A DNA stretch of 64,000 nucleotides from positions 79,856,001 to 79,920,000 of the forward strand of contig OX597826.1 of the NCBI GenBank assembly GCA_951406725.2, in the 5' to 3' direction. A program made the position numbers and the translations under genes. This DNA is from Octopus vulgaris. Its lineage: Eukaryota. A model generated the notes under the pieces. It saw only the letters and a program-made list of their open reading frames with translations, ran no database searches and was not told the DNA's origin. Shown here piece after piece: positions 41,188 through 53,314 of the stretch. Each line of letters begins with the position of its first letter. The first letter of the stretch is position 1.

Positions 41188-42489
41188 AATTAATTTTACA
41201 TTGGAACAAATCGACGAACGTTTCTGTGAATTACGCTAATAATATCAAATCTTCCAGCAAAAGAAAAGAAGAAAAAGATTTCTAGTTTATATCAAATAAA
41301 TTCAAATGAAATGTTAATCAGAAGGAATGAGCAATCTTCAAATACTTTAGTTTAGTTTAGGAATGCTGCAAAAATTTTGAATATTTTCAAACATGAAAAC
41401 TCCAAGTCACAAAATTGATAATAATTTGAAAGAAATTTAAATTGTAGTCAGATATAGGTCGAATATTTGACTTCGATTAACAGTTGGAATCAACTCTGTA
41501 ATTATACCGTCAATGCACTGAAAAATTAGACAAAATGTTGATATTTTACTTCAGTTTAGAAAATAAGAAGTATTTATGTTTTATTATGAGGCACAGATTA
41601 CATAATTGGAACGGAATGTATAAAAGTCTATTATCGATAACTGGAGATTAAATATCTACACCTCAGATGCTCACTGGGCAGAAGACAGGTGTATTATATG
41701 ACCTGTTTCTTTGCAGATTGATTATTTAGTGTAACAAAGGTGGTGGTGGTGGGGATAGGGAGAGTGGACACAACTACTTCGTCATATTTAATAGTGGCCC
41801 TACATCATCTGAGTTCAAATCCGCCAAAAAGTTTATTTTGCTTTTCATCATTCCGAAATCAATAGAATAATTACTGGTCATGAACCAGTTCGATTTAATC
41901 TTCTACAGATCTCCTTCTCCAAATCTGTCGTCTTGTGCCGATGCTAAAAAGCATTATTTATTGTGAGCTCTGCTTATCCCTTTTATGTATTTATTAACGA
42001 TCGACTATTTAATCAGAACTAATCGATAAATATAGATTTATTAATAAATAAAGTAAACGGCAACGAGATTTCTGAGATTTCTGACCCCTCTACTTAAAGA
42101 ATGCTGTAAATTAGAATCCAAGAATCTCTTATAGAGAGAAGCACACCTGTAGGCTTCGAACTTGCGTTATAGCTGTATCCCTTTTAAATTCCCATACAAT
42201 ATCTTAGGAAAGGCATGGAAGTCTCAATTGCGTTGGGTATGTTGTGGTTTGTGTGGAAATGAATTTCGGGTGTTGTTTGTCAATGAATGGCTGCTCTGTC
42301 GTATAGACTGGATAGGGAAAGGGTTAATGAAAGAGTAATTGGATGAATTGCTTAGCTTTGTTTAGTGATGCTCGTGGGGCAGAAGCTGCTGTTGATGCTG
42401 CATGTGAGTTTAGGAATGGTTATAGGTAAGTTGGTGGGTCTGTAGGCCCGCATTAAGAAGTAAAAAAAAACATTGGTAAACTTTAGTGC

Positions 42490-42840
42490 ATGGTAGAAGC
42501 GCGTGCTAGACATATTTCCTTAGTGAAACGTGTGCAGTTGCAATTATGGGAATTGATGCAATTTACAAAGGAAAAAGGTTACGTACGTATAACGTGGCGA
42601 AAAAGAAGATCGACAAAATGGAAGAGAAAACTGGGAAAATGTTTAAGACCGATATGGCCAGATATTACTTTCATGAAGGGGGGTAAAAGATTTGGTACGG
42701 TGGAAGTAAAATTCATATCAGAGGAGGTGGCCAAGCAGCTCTCCTCTGAAACGTTGAGAACGGAGGAGGTGGTGCTTTTTGCCATATATATGGGAAGAAG
42801 AACATCTAAAATAAAAATAACTGACATCCCCCCAGAAGTA
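42490..42840 (+). pseudogene. Probable Tx1/L1-clade ORF1 fragment
   Basis: Coding-like GKRFGTVEVKF...IYMGRRTSKIKITDIPPEV, upstream of an ORF2 remnant on the same strand. Confidence 0.5.
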
Positions 42841-42979
42841 GTTTTATTATTACTAATAAATAGTGGTATGCCCTCAAACGAGCCATAAAATTTGAGTCTA
42901 TTAGATTTAGTATATGTTTAGTGGTTAGTGAGACTAGGAGGGAATCAGTTTTAGTTAAGGAGTTAGAGGAAGCAATGTG

Positions 42980-43525
42980 TCCATCGCATCGGTTATCACC
43001 TACTGCCTAACCGTCGTTCCTTGTCCTTCGTGGTTGATCAAGCTGGAAAGACAGCTCTTCTCCTTTTTGTGGAAAGGCTCGAAACCACTTGTGAGACGCT
43101 CTATTTGCTGTCAACAACCGTTAAAGGGTGGACTGGGGATGCCTTAGCTGTTGATGCGCAAACATGCGCTGAGGTTGAGGTATCTGTGGCTCTACCTGGA
43201 TGGTGAACGGGTGTGGTCTCCGCTGGCGAAACGGATGTTTCCCAAGTTCACTAGTTTTGGTGGACGGGAAACCTGGTTGCATCGAAGATCGAAGTTGGGT
43301 ACATGGTGTACGGAGTGTCATAAGGCTCTCCTGCAATTCGATCGCTCGGGCAATGACTGCGGTGAGGGTTCCACCGCATTCTTTTATAGAGGGCTTGCAG
43401 AGGCGAAATGGGACGAAATCTTAGGGGAAACCCTAGGTCTTGACGATAATCAGCTGGCCAGTCTGTTCCGACGTACTTTCGAGCCGAAGACCCTGGACAA
43501 CTTTCAGAAGTCTCTGGCAATATAA
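42980..43525 (+). pseudogene. Tx1/L1-clade ORF2 post-RT fragment
   Basis: LIKLERQLFSFLWKGSKPLVRRSICCQQPLKGGLGMP*LLMRKHALRLRYLW (FLW...GGLG motif of L1/Tx1 ORF2). Confidence 0.75.
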
Positions 43526-43977
43526 TGTTATCGAGGAGCACATATAGGGGCGAAAAAAAAAAAACATTTGTACTCTATAGTGGAGTTTTACCTCCATTAA
43601 AATTCTCTTATTATACATACATTCATACACATAGCAAGTTTTGTTCTAATAGTCTTCAAGTTTATAACACGTTAATATCTCATCTATTCTTATTTTTTAT
43701 GCCTAAGATATTTATTTATTTTGTAATCTGGTTTTATATATCTGTTTATTTTAATACTTTGTATTTATAATTTATTTTAAGGAAACCATAAGAGCCGAAG
43801 CGAGCCGATTACGTCTCGAAAGACGGTAAGTTTCGTTTTCTCAGTGTAGTAGCAATCAGATCGGATCGGACCGGACCAGACCGGACCGGACCAGATCGTC
43901 ATCACCGTGACTGTGGCAAGAGAGGAATATAATTACCCAAAATTCTCTCTCTCTTTCACCTTCTCTATCCCTCTATT

Positions 43978-44287
43978 CCTCAGGACTTATTCTTTGTAAC
44001 CTTAGTACTTAATGTATCGGTCTCGTTTGCCGAACTGCTAAGTTACGGGGACGCAAACACACCTGCATCGGTTGTCAAGCGATGTTGGGGGCACAAACAC
44101 AGACACACATGCATACATATATACGACGGGCTACTTTCAGTTTCCGTCTACCAAATCCAATCACAAGGCTTTGGTCGCCCCGAGGCTATAGTAGAAGACA
44201 CTTGCCCAATTGCCACGCCACGGGAATGAACCCAGAACCATGTGGTTGGTAAGCAAGCTACTTACCCCACAGCCACTCCCGCACCTA
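43978..44287 (-). mobile_element. Family C SINE (tRNA head, internal microsatellite)
   Basis: Homologous to 51106-51459. Confidence 0.85.
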
Positions 44288-44497
44288 CTCGAAATAACTA
44301 AGAAATGCAACTCCTTTTTCAATAGAATCGTTAGTTCCATTTCAACTGCTTAGCAACACAAGATTAAAAGGCCACCTCTCTCTCTCTCTCTTTCTCTCTT
44401 CTTAACATACAGTATAGCATTCTCTTACGCTTTCTTTACTATTTCGCCATCTCTGATTCTCATTCATTCTCTCTCTTTCTCTCTTTCTTTCTTTCTC

Positions 44498-44548
<51 letters not shown>

Positions 44549-45120
44549 CTCTTTCTTTCTTTCTTTCTCTCTCTATTTCTTTCTTTCTCTCTCTCTCTCT
44601 CTCTCTCTCGCTTACTTTCTTCCTTTCTCTCTCTCTTACTTTCTTTCTCTCTCTCTCTCCCTCCGTCTTTCAACAACTTACTTGGCTTTGCTTTTATTGC
44701 CTAATTAGCCTTGATATCCTCATTAACATCGACAGTGTTAATGAGAGACAAGTGATTAGGATCTAATTGACATCTTAACATTTCGACGATCCGGCGAACA
44801 GAACTGGAAACTCTTCCTAATTTGATAGATTTTATTTATTATTTATTATTACTTTTCTACTGTATTGATTAGCTACCTATATTTTGATACTTCAAAATTT
44901 TAATTATTTTTAATGATTCAATTATTTTTCAAAACCACCACAGGCATATCTTAATTCTTTCTGGGAAAGGACCTTGACTGCGAAGTTTCGGTTTTTCCAC
45001 CGTCATCAGACTGTCTGCTGACGGCCACTGACCAGAAACATCGATTTTCAATGTCAGACTCTTTGTTGAAAACTCTAATTTTTTCTATTAAAAAGGTTTT
45101 GGCTAAACATTCAATTTAAT

Positions 45121-45446
45121 TATTTACGTTATTTACATTTAGCGGATATTTGTCATCTTGTTTGTTGTTAACACAACGTTTCCGCTGAAATGGCGTAGTG
45201 GTTGAGCGCGCGGGCTACTAACCCCAAGATTCCGAGTTCGATTCCAGGCAGTGACTTTAATAATAATAACATCGAAAAATACCTTAGGAATGAGAACCCA
45301 GGTTCGAAATTTCCCCAAGACACTTGATGAAGGCTCAAGAGTATTTCAGCCGAAACGTTGTGTTAACAACAAACAAGATGAGAACAAATATCCGTCAAAA
45401 GTAAATAATGTACATAATTCCTCATCTCTTAAAAATATAGAATTGT
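45121..45446 (+). mobile_element. tRNA-headed hammerhead SINE-like element, copy 2, with inverted tail copy and 12-bp TSD
   Basis: TSD attcaatttaat at 45109-45120 and 45447-45458; inverted tail 45121-45190; tRNA head 45191-45256; hammerhead 45319-45364 (C3>U). Confidence 0.85.
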
Positions 45447-45694
45447 ATTCAATTTAATGTTGAATAGGTTTTATATATAATTTCACATAAAAATAAATAT
45501 TAATACACACACACTCATCTCTCTATCTCTTTATTAATACACACACACGCACACACACACACATACACACACACACACATATATTAAAAATAGAATGAAC
45601 AAGCAAAACCTGTATCACTTTAGAGCATGTAATTTATAATTCAAACATAATTACTGAGTTGCTAGAGTAAATAATGGATTAAGAAGGAATGAAA

Positions 45695-46096
45695 TAATTC
45701 TTTCTACTATAGGCACAAGGTCCCGGAAATTTGACGGGAGAGGACTAGTCGATTACATCGACCCCATTGTTTCACTAGTACTTAATTTATCGACCCCGAA
45801 AGGATGAAAGGTAATGCTAGCCTCGGCGGAATTTGAACTCTGAACACGTGGCGACAGATAAAATACCTATTTCTTTACTACCCACAGGGGACTAAACACA
45901 GAAGGGACAAACAAGGACAGACAAACGGATTAAGTCGATTATATCGACCCCAGTGCGTAACTGGTACTTATTTGATCGACCCCGAAAGGATGAAAGGCAA
46001 AGTCGACCTCGGCGGAATTTGAACTCGGAACGTAACAGCAGACGAAATTCCGCTAAGCATTTCGCCCGGCGTGTTAACACTTCTGCCAGCTCGCCA
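45695..46096 (-). mobile_element. Two tandem family A SINEs
   Basis: Family A core present twice. Confidence 0.85.
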
Positions 46097-46143
46097 CCCT
46101 AGAAAGAATGAAATAATGCGTAAAGTATGCAGCATATTATATA

Positions 46144-46205
<62 letters not shown>

Positions 46206-46226
46206 GCATATATATATATATATACA

Positions 46227-46285
<59 letters not shown>

Positions 46286-47646
46286 GCATGCATGTATATA
46301 TACATATATATTTACAGACATGCATGCATTACAAAATATGTAGCATCATTGTGTCGCATCAAACTCCATGAGAATTTTTTAACAGGTTCATTCTTGCATT
46401 TTGCAACGATAGTGCATAAAGCACAACTTCCTATGAAGTACTCTTCTGGCAATTTTCTGAGGTGATACCCGTCTACTTGGGGTGAGGAATACTTTTCACA
46501 GCTGATATTGTAAAAAGAATGCAGCTACTGTAGAAGATTGAACAGGATTACCACGTTAGATAGAAACATCCGTGAGATTGGGAACAGACATACGAAATTG
46601 TATAAGGAGAAAGAATACTATGAACGTCATGCTTTACCATGATCGTGTTTTCTTTGCATTCTTAAGAACTCTTGGACAAACGCAGAACGGATCTAATAGT
46701 TGTTTCTTGTTTTTTTTTTAATTGATAGCCGTTGCAGATGATTATTTAAACTGTCAAGGAAAAATGCCTAATATAGTGAAGTCTAAATACATGGTGGTAA
46801 TTGCTTTCGTTAATAAACCTATTGGTGATATTTATCTGAGAGAAATACTTCGGAGTAAGAAGACATCCACTTTTCTGTTAGTTTAAATTAAGACTTCAAA
46901 TATACGTGGAGGATATTTAAACATATTAAAGGTATTATGGTAGTTAGTAATGGCGGCTATTTATTAGCTGATAAATATGCATCGTGATATGAATTTAATT
47001 TTCTTTATGATTTATATCGAAAGAAGATATATATAGTTAAAGATCTTAGTAGTTGTCGCAGATTGATCGTTGATATTTTTATTACTAACAGCGAGTATTA
47101 TGTGAAAATTTGATTTGGGAAATATATCCAGAAGAAATCGCAGCGAAGAGAAATAAGAATTCTCGAGACGAAGATAACTAATTAGATGTTAATGTCGTCT
47201 GTGTCATTTTTATGCAGGGCACCAAGTATTGTTTCGACAAGAGTAAGGTATAAAGTATTTACCAGTCAAGTTATTGGATGCGGTAGCATGTTAAATGAGG
47301 TTGGCGGACTTTTGGAAAGACTTAATGGGTTAATAGTTCATAAGTAAAAACAAGGTCTCGTTAGGAAATATACGTAATTCTATATATAATACGAAATTGT
47401 AAATTATGCAATGATTTACATTTTAAGAACAAACAGGCAAATATATAATATACAATTGTTAACATTATATATATATATATATATATATATTTTATAAATA
47501 GATAAGTGTATTTTTACCTTGTTAACAATTAACACGGAAAAATAAATAAATAGTTACCAGGGCAGCAAAAATCTCACAAGTAAAGGTGTTGTAACTCCTT
47601 GTTTATAAAGGTAGAAACTTCGTGTTTACGTTGAATATTTTGAATA

Positions 47647-49127
47647 ATATGAATAAAAAATGGAGTTAACGCAGGTGTAAACAAGTATTTTTACTTTCGA
47701 CACATGTTTCGAAAATTCCACTGATACTATTCAAAAGAATAAATGGTATAAACAATGCAATCTTCTCTTCGGGAAAGTGAAAAAAACGAAACTTGTCAAT
47801 ACGACATTTTAGCAAAAAATGATGGATTTGTATAGCGATAGACAGAACGCTATTAATATAGTTTAAAAAAACGTTATATGATATAACGTCGTAAGTAGCT
47901 AACAGAAAGAGTAGGGATATTAATAGTGAATGTTAAATATAAAGGAAATTAAAGTTTAAATTATATATAATGATAGAGACTACTTATATGCACTAAATGT
48001 ATGTTTTTGCCAATGCTTACATCTGTATGCTCGCTCTATAACCGTGTTTACTAGAGTATTTTTAGAAAAAATAATGAAAAATAGCTCAGAATTGCAGAGA
48101 AGACAGAATTTCTTGCCTTTGTCATATGGTATCGAAATTGAGAGGATCAACCATTCTAAATGAAATTGTTCATTGTGGTCTTTTAAATCCCAAATCAGTT
48201 TGCTGAGACCAGTACTATTCCGTTTATTTCTATCCCTAAATGTTGAGTAATGGATAGAAATTCTTTTAGATAACTCTAACGATGTGCTTCCTATGTAAAA
48301 TCGTACTTTATTACGAGTACTGATTATACACTGGTATATAGAGTTTTTAATCTTAGAGTTACTTGACATAAATTTAATTCTATTGGAATTGACTTCAGAT
48401 ACAATAACCTTGTTATTAATATTTCTAGAGGGTTGGATGGTATTAGCTAAATTAATGTTAGTATTAGTAAATGTATTAATATTTAACAGTTTGTTATTAT
48501 GAGAAGATATAATTTGCAAGAGATTTTTTGTGTTTGAAAAACCTATCCTAACCTTATGTAAATTAATTATAGAGTAATATCTAGAATTGTTTGGAAAATT
48601 CCTAGCAATAGCTTGACGAATGGTTGATCCTCTCAATTTCGATACCATATGACAAAGGCAAGAAATTCTGTCTTCTCTGCAATTCTGAGCTATTTTTCAT
48701 TATTTTTTCTAAAAATACTCTAGTAAACACGGTTATAGAGCGAGCATACAGATGTAAGCATTGGCAAAAACATACATTTAGTGCATATAAGTAGTCTCTA
48801 ACATTATATATAATTTAAACTTTAATTTCCTTTATATTTAACATTCACTATTAATATCCCTACTCTTTCTGTTAGCTACTTATGACGTTATATCATATAA
48901 CGTTTTTTTAAACTATATTAATAGCGTTCTGTCTATCGCTATACAAATCCATCATTTTTTGCTAAAATGTCGTATTGACAAGTTTCGTTTTTTTCACTTT
49001 CCCGAAGAGAAGATTGCATTATTTATACCATTTATTCTTTTGAATAGTATCAGTGGAATTTTCGAAAAATGTGTCGAAAGTAAAAATACTTGTTTACACC
49101 TGCGTTAACTCCATTTTTTATTCATAT
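47647..49127 (-). mobile_element. Penelope-like element 3' end with inverted ~510-bp pseudo-LTR arms
   Basis: Arms 47647-48156 and 48618-49127 are near-identical reverse complements, each with a hammerhead motif (47693-47778 -, 48996-49081 +). Confidence 0.9.
47980..48617 (-). pseudogene. 5'-truncated PLE ORF: GIY-YIG endonuclease, open frame
   Basis: NFPNNSRYYSIINLHKVRIGFS...KNSIYQC...FYIGST...SKRISIH...STGLSKLIW...CLLCNSE; the annotated Met and first ~10 aa come from the inverted arm. Confidence 0.85.
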
Positions 49128-49159
49128 ATCTTTTATAAATATATATCTTGTTTCTTTTT

Positions 49160-49545
49160 TCTTTTACTTATTTCAGTCATTTGATAGCGGCCATGCTGGA
49201 GCACCACCTTTAGTGGAACACATCGAACCCGGGACTTAGACTTTGTAAGCCTAGTATTTATTCTATCCGTCTCTTTTACCGAACGGATAGCTCACACGAA
49301 CGGTTGTCAAGCAATTCCAGAGGGGACAGACACAAACACATGCACAAATATACAGACAGACAGACACACACACACGCGCGCGCGCATATATATATATATT
49401 ATGACAGACGTCTTTCAGCTTCCGTCTGTCAAATCCTCTTTCAAGGCTTTGGTCGGCCTGAGGCTATAGTAGAAGACACCCAAGATGCCTCGCATTGGGA
49501 CTAAACCAGGAGCCATGTGGTTGGTAAGCAAGCTTCTTATCACAC
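49160..49545 (-). mobile_element. Family C SINE
   Basis: Homology to the other copies. Confidence 0.8.
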
Positions 49546-49554
49546 ATATATAAT

Positions 49555-50377
49555 AGAAACAGGTTTCAAAGAAAAAGACTACACATGGTTTAAATAGAGG
49601 AAACGTAAAAACAAACGAAGAAAATGCTCAATAGGTATAAAATTAATGTTTTTTTAAAATAACAAAGGTATATACATACAATTAAAGGATTTGAGGTGGA
49701 ATTAAAAGGTATAAAAGTCATTATTATGAGTCATTATAGAAAGGTGAAATAGTTAAGATAAAATCAAATTTTAATTGTGTCTCTGAAAACTGAATCTACG
49801 TTATTACCAGCTTAGGTTGCTGAAACCACTATATAGGCCAAACAGGAGTGTCCGCCAGACGAAGAACAACACTTCACAAAGAACAAATCCGCTTCCTACA
49901 ATATAGATAGATACAGGTCAGTCAGCAGATAGATAGATGTGCTAGGAACCTTAAACCAAACTTCTTAATTTTCCCTTTTTATCAATGTTGCCAGAACACC
50001 TCAGTGCATCAAAGATTAAATAAAGAGGTAATTTTCATTAATAAATATCAACCACAACTTAACATGGAACACATAACTTAATACAGGACACTATTAACCA
50101 TACTAATACCCATAGTCCCACTAATCCTCATAAATCCCATATATCTTTTATATTCTTGTAATCATATCTGCCTTAATTGCATCACTCTCAGTACTACTTA
50201 CCTCCCTTGCATGTAATCTTTTCCCTCTGGGCCTATTAGACTCATCACTGTTTGGAAATCAGTGTTGATTCAAAGTTAGTGATCAGCTGTGACGAAACTG
50301 GTATGACTCTGACGTTCTATAATGACTCATAGTGGTGATTTTTGTGCTTCTTAATTCCACCCCAAATCATATAATTG

Positions 50378-50424
<47 letters not shown>

Positions 50425-50495
50425 TTGATTTTATTAAAAAAATCCATAACGTTTATATCTTAAGTGCATCTTCTTTGTTTCATTTTACTTTCCTA
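49555..50495 (+). mobile_element. Second, older PLE 3' end: decayed GIY-YIG (~49775-50075) with inverted arms
   Basis: IYVITSLGC*NHYIGQTG...R...H...IFINKYQPQLN; arms ~49560-49741 and ~50315-50495; GAAA-ctgg-TA half motif at ~50294. Confidence 0.75.
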
Positions 50496-50720
50496 TATAT
50501 ATATATATATATACACTCTATACTGAATGGTGGTATAGTATGGGCAGATTTTTGAAATCCAATGAATCTTTATACATTTATACAGTTATACAAATATACA
50601 AATATAGCTATACAAATATACTTTTTCAAGGAGATATGATAAACCAATTATAATGGGTAATACTACGTGTACTGTTTGTGATTTTTATATTGTGATGTAA
50701 TCTTTGGGCTAACAATGCTT

Positions 50721-50804
50721 GCGGCTGAAGAGAGCTTTAAACCATCTTTTATATCAATAATACACTGATGTATTTGTTTATAAAGCTTGAAACACGTGTA
50801 TCGC
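50721..50804 (+). ncRNA. Type I hammerhead motif with intact core and long stem II
   Basis: gcgg-CTGAAGA-gagcttta[...]taaagctt-GAAA-cacgtg-TA-tcgc. Confidence 0.75.
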
Positions 50805-50847
50805 GATACCTTTTTGCTCTGTTTTTAATTGATATTTGACACACACA

Positions 50848-50908
<61 letters not shown>

Positions 50909-51105
50909 GTGATTTCGAATTTCATGGCTGGCCGGTGGCAGATTTTTCTGCAAAATATGGATATTTTATCCTGTTCCTGCTAGTCTATTAGCATTAGTCT
51001 GCGTTCTAGAATAAATTATTTCCTTATCTGTATCTTTCAATGCATATCAACGCTTTTAAATCAGTCTTTGTTTACTTTAATCGTAGTTTGAACATATATA
51101 TATGT

Positions 51106-51459
51106 AGGCGTAGGAGTGGCTGTGTGGTAAGTAGCTTGTTTACCAACCACATGGTTCAGGGTTCAGTCCCACTGCGTGGCATCTTGGGCAAGTGTCTTCT
51201 ACCATAGCCTCGGGCCGACCAAAGCCTTGTGAGTGGATTTGGTAGACGGAAACTGAAAGAAGCCCGTCGTATATATGCATATATATATATATGCGCGTGT
51301 GTGTTTGTGTGTTTACGTCCCCGTCACCTAGCGGTTCAGCAAAAGAGACCGATAGAGTAAGTACTGGGCTTACAAAAGAATAAGTCCCGGGGTCGATTTG
51401 CTCGACTAAAGGCGGTGCTCCAGCATGGCCGCAGTCAAATGACTGAAACAAGTAAAAGA
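51106..51459 (+). mobile_element. Family C SINE, near full length
   Basis: GGAGTGGCTGTGTGGTAAG A-box region, GGTTCAGTCCC B box, CTTGGGCAAGTG CORE-like segment. Confidence 0.85.
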
Positions 51460-51469
51460 GAAAGAAAAA

Positions 51470-51511
<42 letters not shown>

Positions 51512-51514
51512 CAT

Positions 51515-51550
<36 letters not shown>

Positions 51551-52369
51551 ATAGAGGATGTAGTATTTTATTAAAAGTGAAGCTGAGATTTTGTGTCGCG
51601 ATTCGAGTCTGAGGCCGCTGTGATCACCAGGCCTGATGATTACACCGCTCTGAGACTCGAGTTACAACGAAGAATCTCAGTTTCAGTTTTAATGAAATCT
51701 CATATCCTCCTCTCCCATTCGTTCGACATCAATAACATATGTACATACGTTACAAATATCATGCACGAAACACGGGACTTCATGTATGTATGTATGTATG
51801 TATGTATGTATGTATGTATGTATGTATGTATGTATGTATGTATGTATGTATGTATGTATGTCTGGTCAAATCCATGATATTACGTATTTACATTGCTGTG
51901 GTAGAAACATTCATGAGTGTATAAATAATTTATAATTGAATTTCAAAAAAATATTAATTTGTAATAGTTTGGACATTAATTTTTGCTGACACACTAATCT
52001 TCTAAAATTAATTACAAAATTTCCAACGTTTGTTTTTCCATGCGGTCGTTAGCGAAAGAGCAGATATTGCATGAGGTTACATCAAAAGTCCCCAGAAGAC
52101 GACATTATGATTGAACATAGTTAACTGCGAAAGTTTGGGTCACAGAATCGGATGTCTGTCATTTTATTATTCTTCATCATTCTATAATATTCCAAACATG
52201 ACTCTATTCATTAGGTTTGCATTTAAACATGAATTTCTCGACAGCATATGCAATGAAAGTTCCTAATCAAATGCTCCATTTTCATTTTTGTTAGGTTTGT
52301 ATTAATGAGGAAAAATTTTAAAAAACGTATATTAATTAGGTTTCCCCATTTCTTACTCATTTAAACATG

Positions 52370-52459
<90 letters not shown>

Positions 52460-52530
52460 TTTGACTGTCTGGAATCGAACTCGGAATCTTGGGGTTAGTA
52501 GCCCGCGCTCTTAACCACTACGGCATATGT
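52370..52530 (-). mobile_element. Head of the tRNA-hammerhead SINE family (copy 3) with (AAT)n/(ATT)n tract
   Basis: 52448-52530 is the reverse complement of the head at 45191-45256. Confidence 0.75.
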
Positions 52531-53314
52531 ATACGTTAATATATACATCCCCACCTACCCACCTACCTATATGCGCGCGCACATATAGCCTTTTATGACG
52601 GCAAACATCCTTCGAGTTTCCTATAGAGAAGGGCTTGTAACCCAATGCTATTATCTATAACTTTATTTGACCCGAAAGTCCCCGTCCCCGAAACGAATTA
52701 TGTCTCGTTCTCCCGAAGTTTATAAATTCTTATGGCATCAACTAGGTTATTCGGCTCAGGACCCTAAGATGGTGAGTTTGATTCCCGATGGCGTGTTGTG
52801 TCCTCAGGAAGTCATTTGATTTCACGTTGTTCCGGTCAGAATAAGTTGTACCTGCGGCTCAATGTGCCATATTCGGTGTGTCGTACTGAATTCATCCGAA
52901 GAACTGCGTTAGGGTACGCGTGTCTGTGGTGTGCTCAGGCACTTGGTCGTTAAGTTCACGTACAGGCGGTTCTGTTGGTCGAATCAGCTGTGACATTTGC
53001 CACCGTAGCCGACGGAGTACACAGCCATTTGTATGTATATATGAAACCATCCAAACTTGTGTATATTAACACGAATATATACACCCCTACACCCTTACAC
53101 TATTATAATCACGTGGTCAACCAGCGTATAGTATGTTGTTATGCACAGTTGGCCTTTTACGTGGTTTTGTAGCTTTGGAATGATGCCACTCACTGGCCAG
53201 GCGAGCAGACCAACATTCTCCCAGATCAGAAGGCAGGTCTATCATAGGGTTACACTTTACAATGGTATGTACAGGAATGGTATATAATCCTGTACATATC
53301 ATTCCTGTACGCAG

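Noticed and set aside
44971-45050. CTGATGA...GAAA on (-) with a degenerate mirror on (+)
   Set aside because: Stem I and the UH site cannot be formed; at most a decayed remnant. The same applies to partial motifs near 2035, 3100, 8795, 38310 and 38900.
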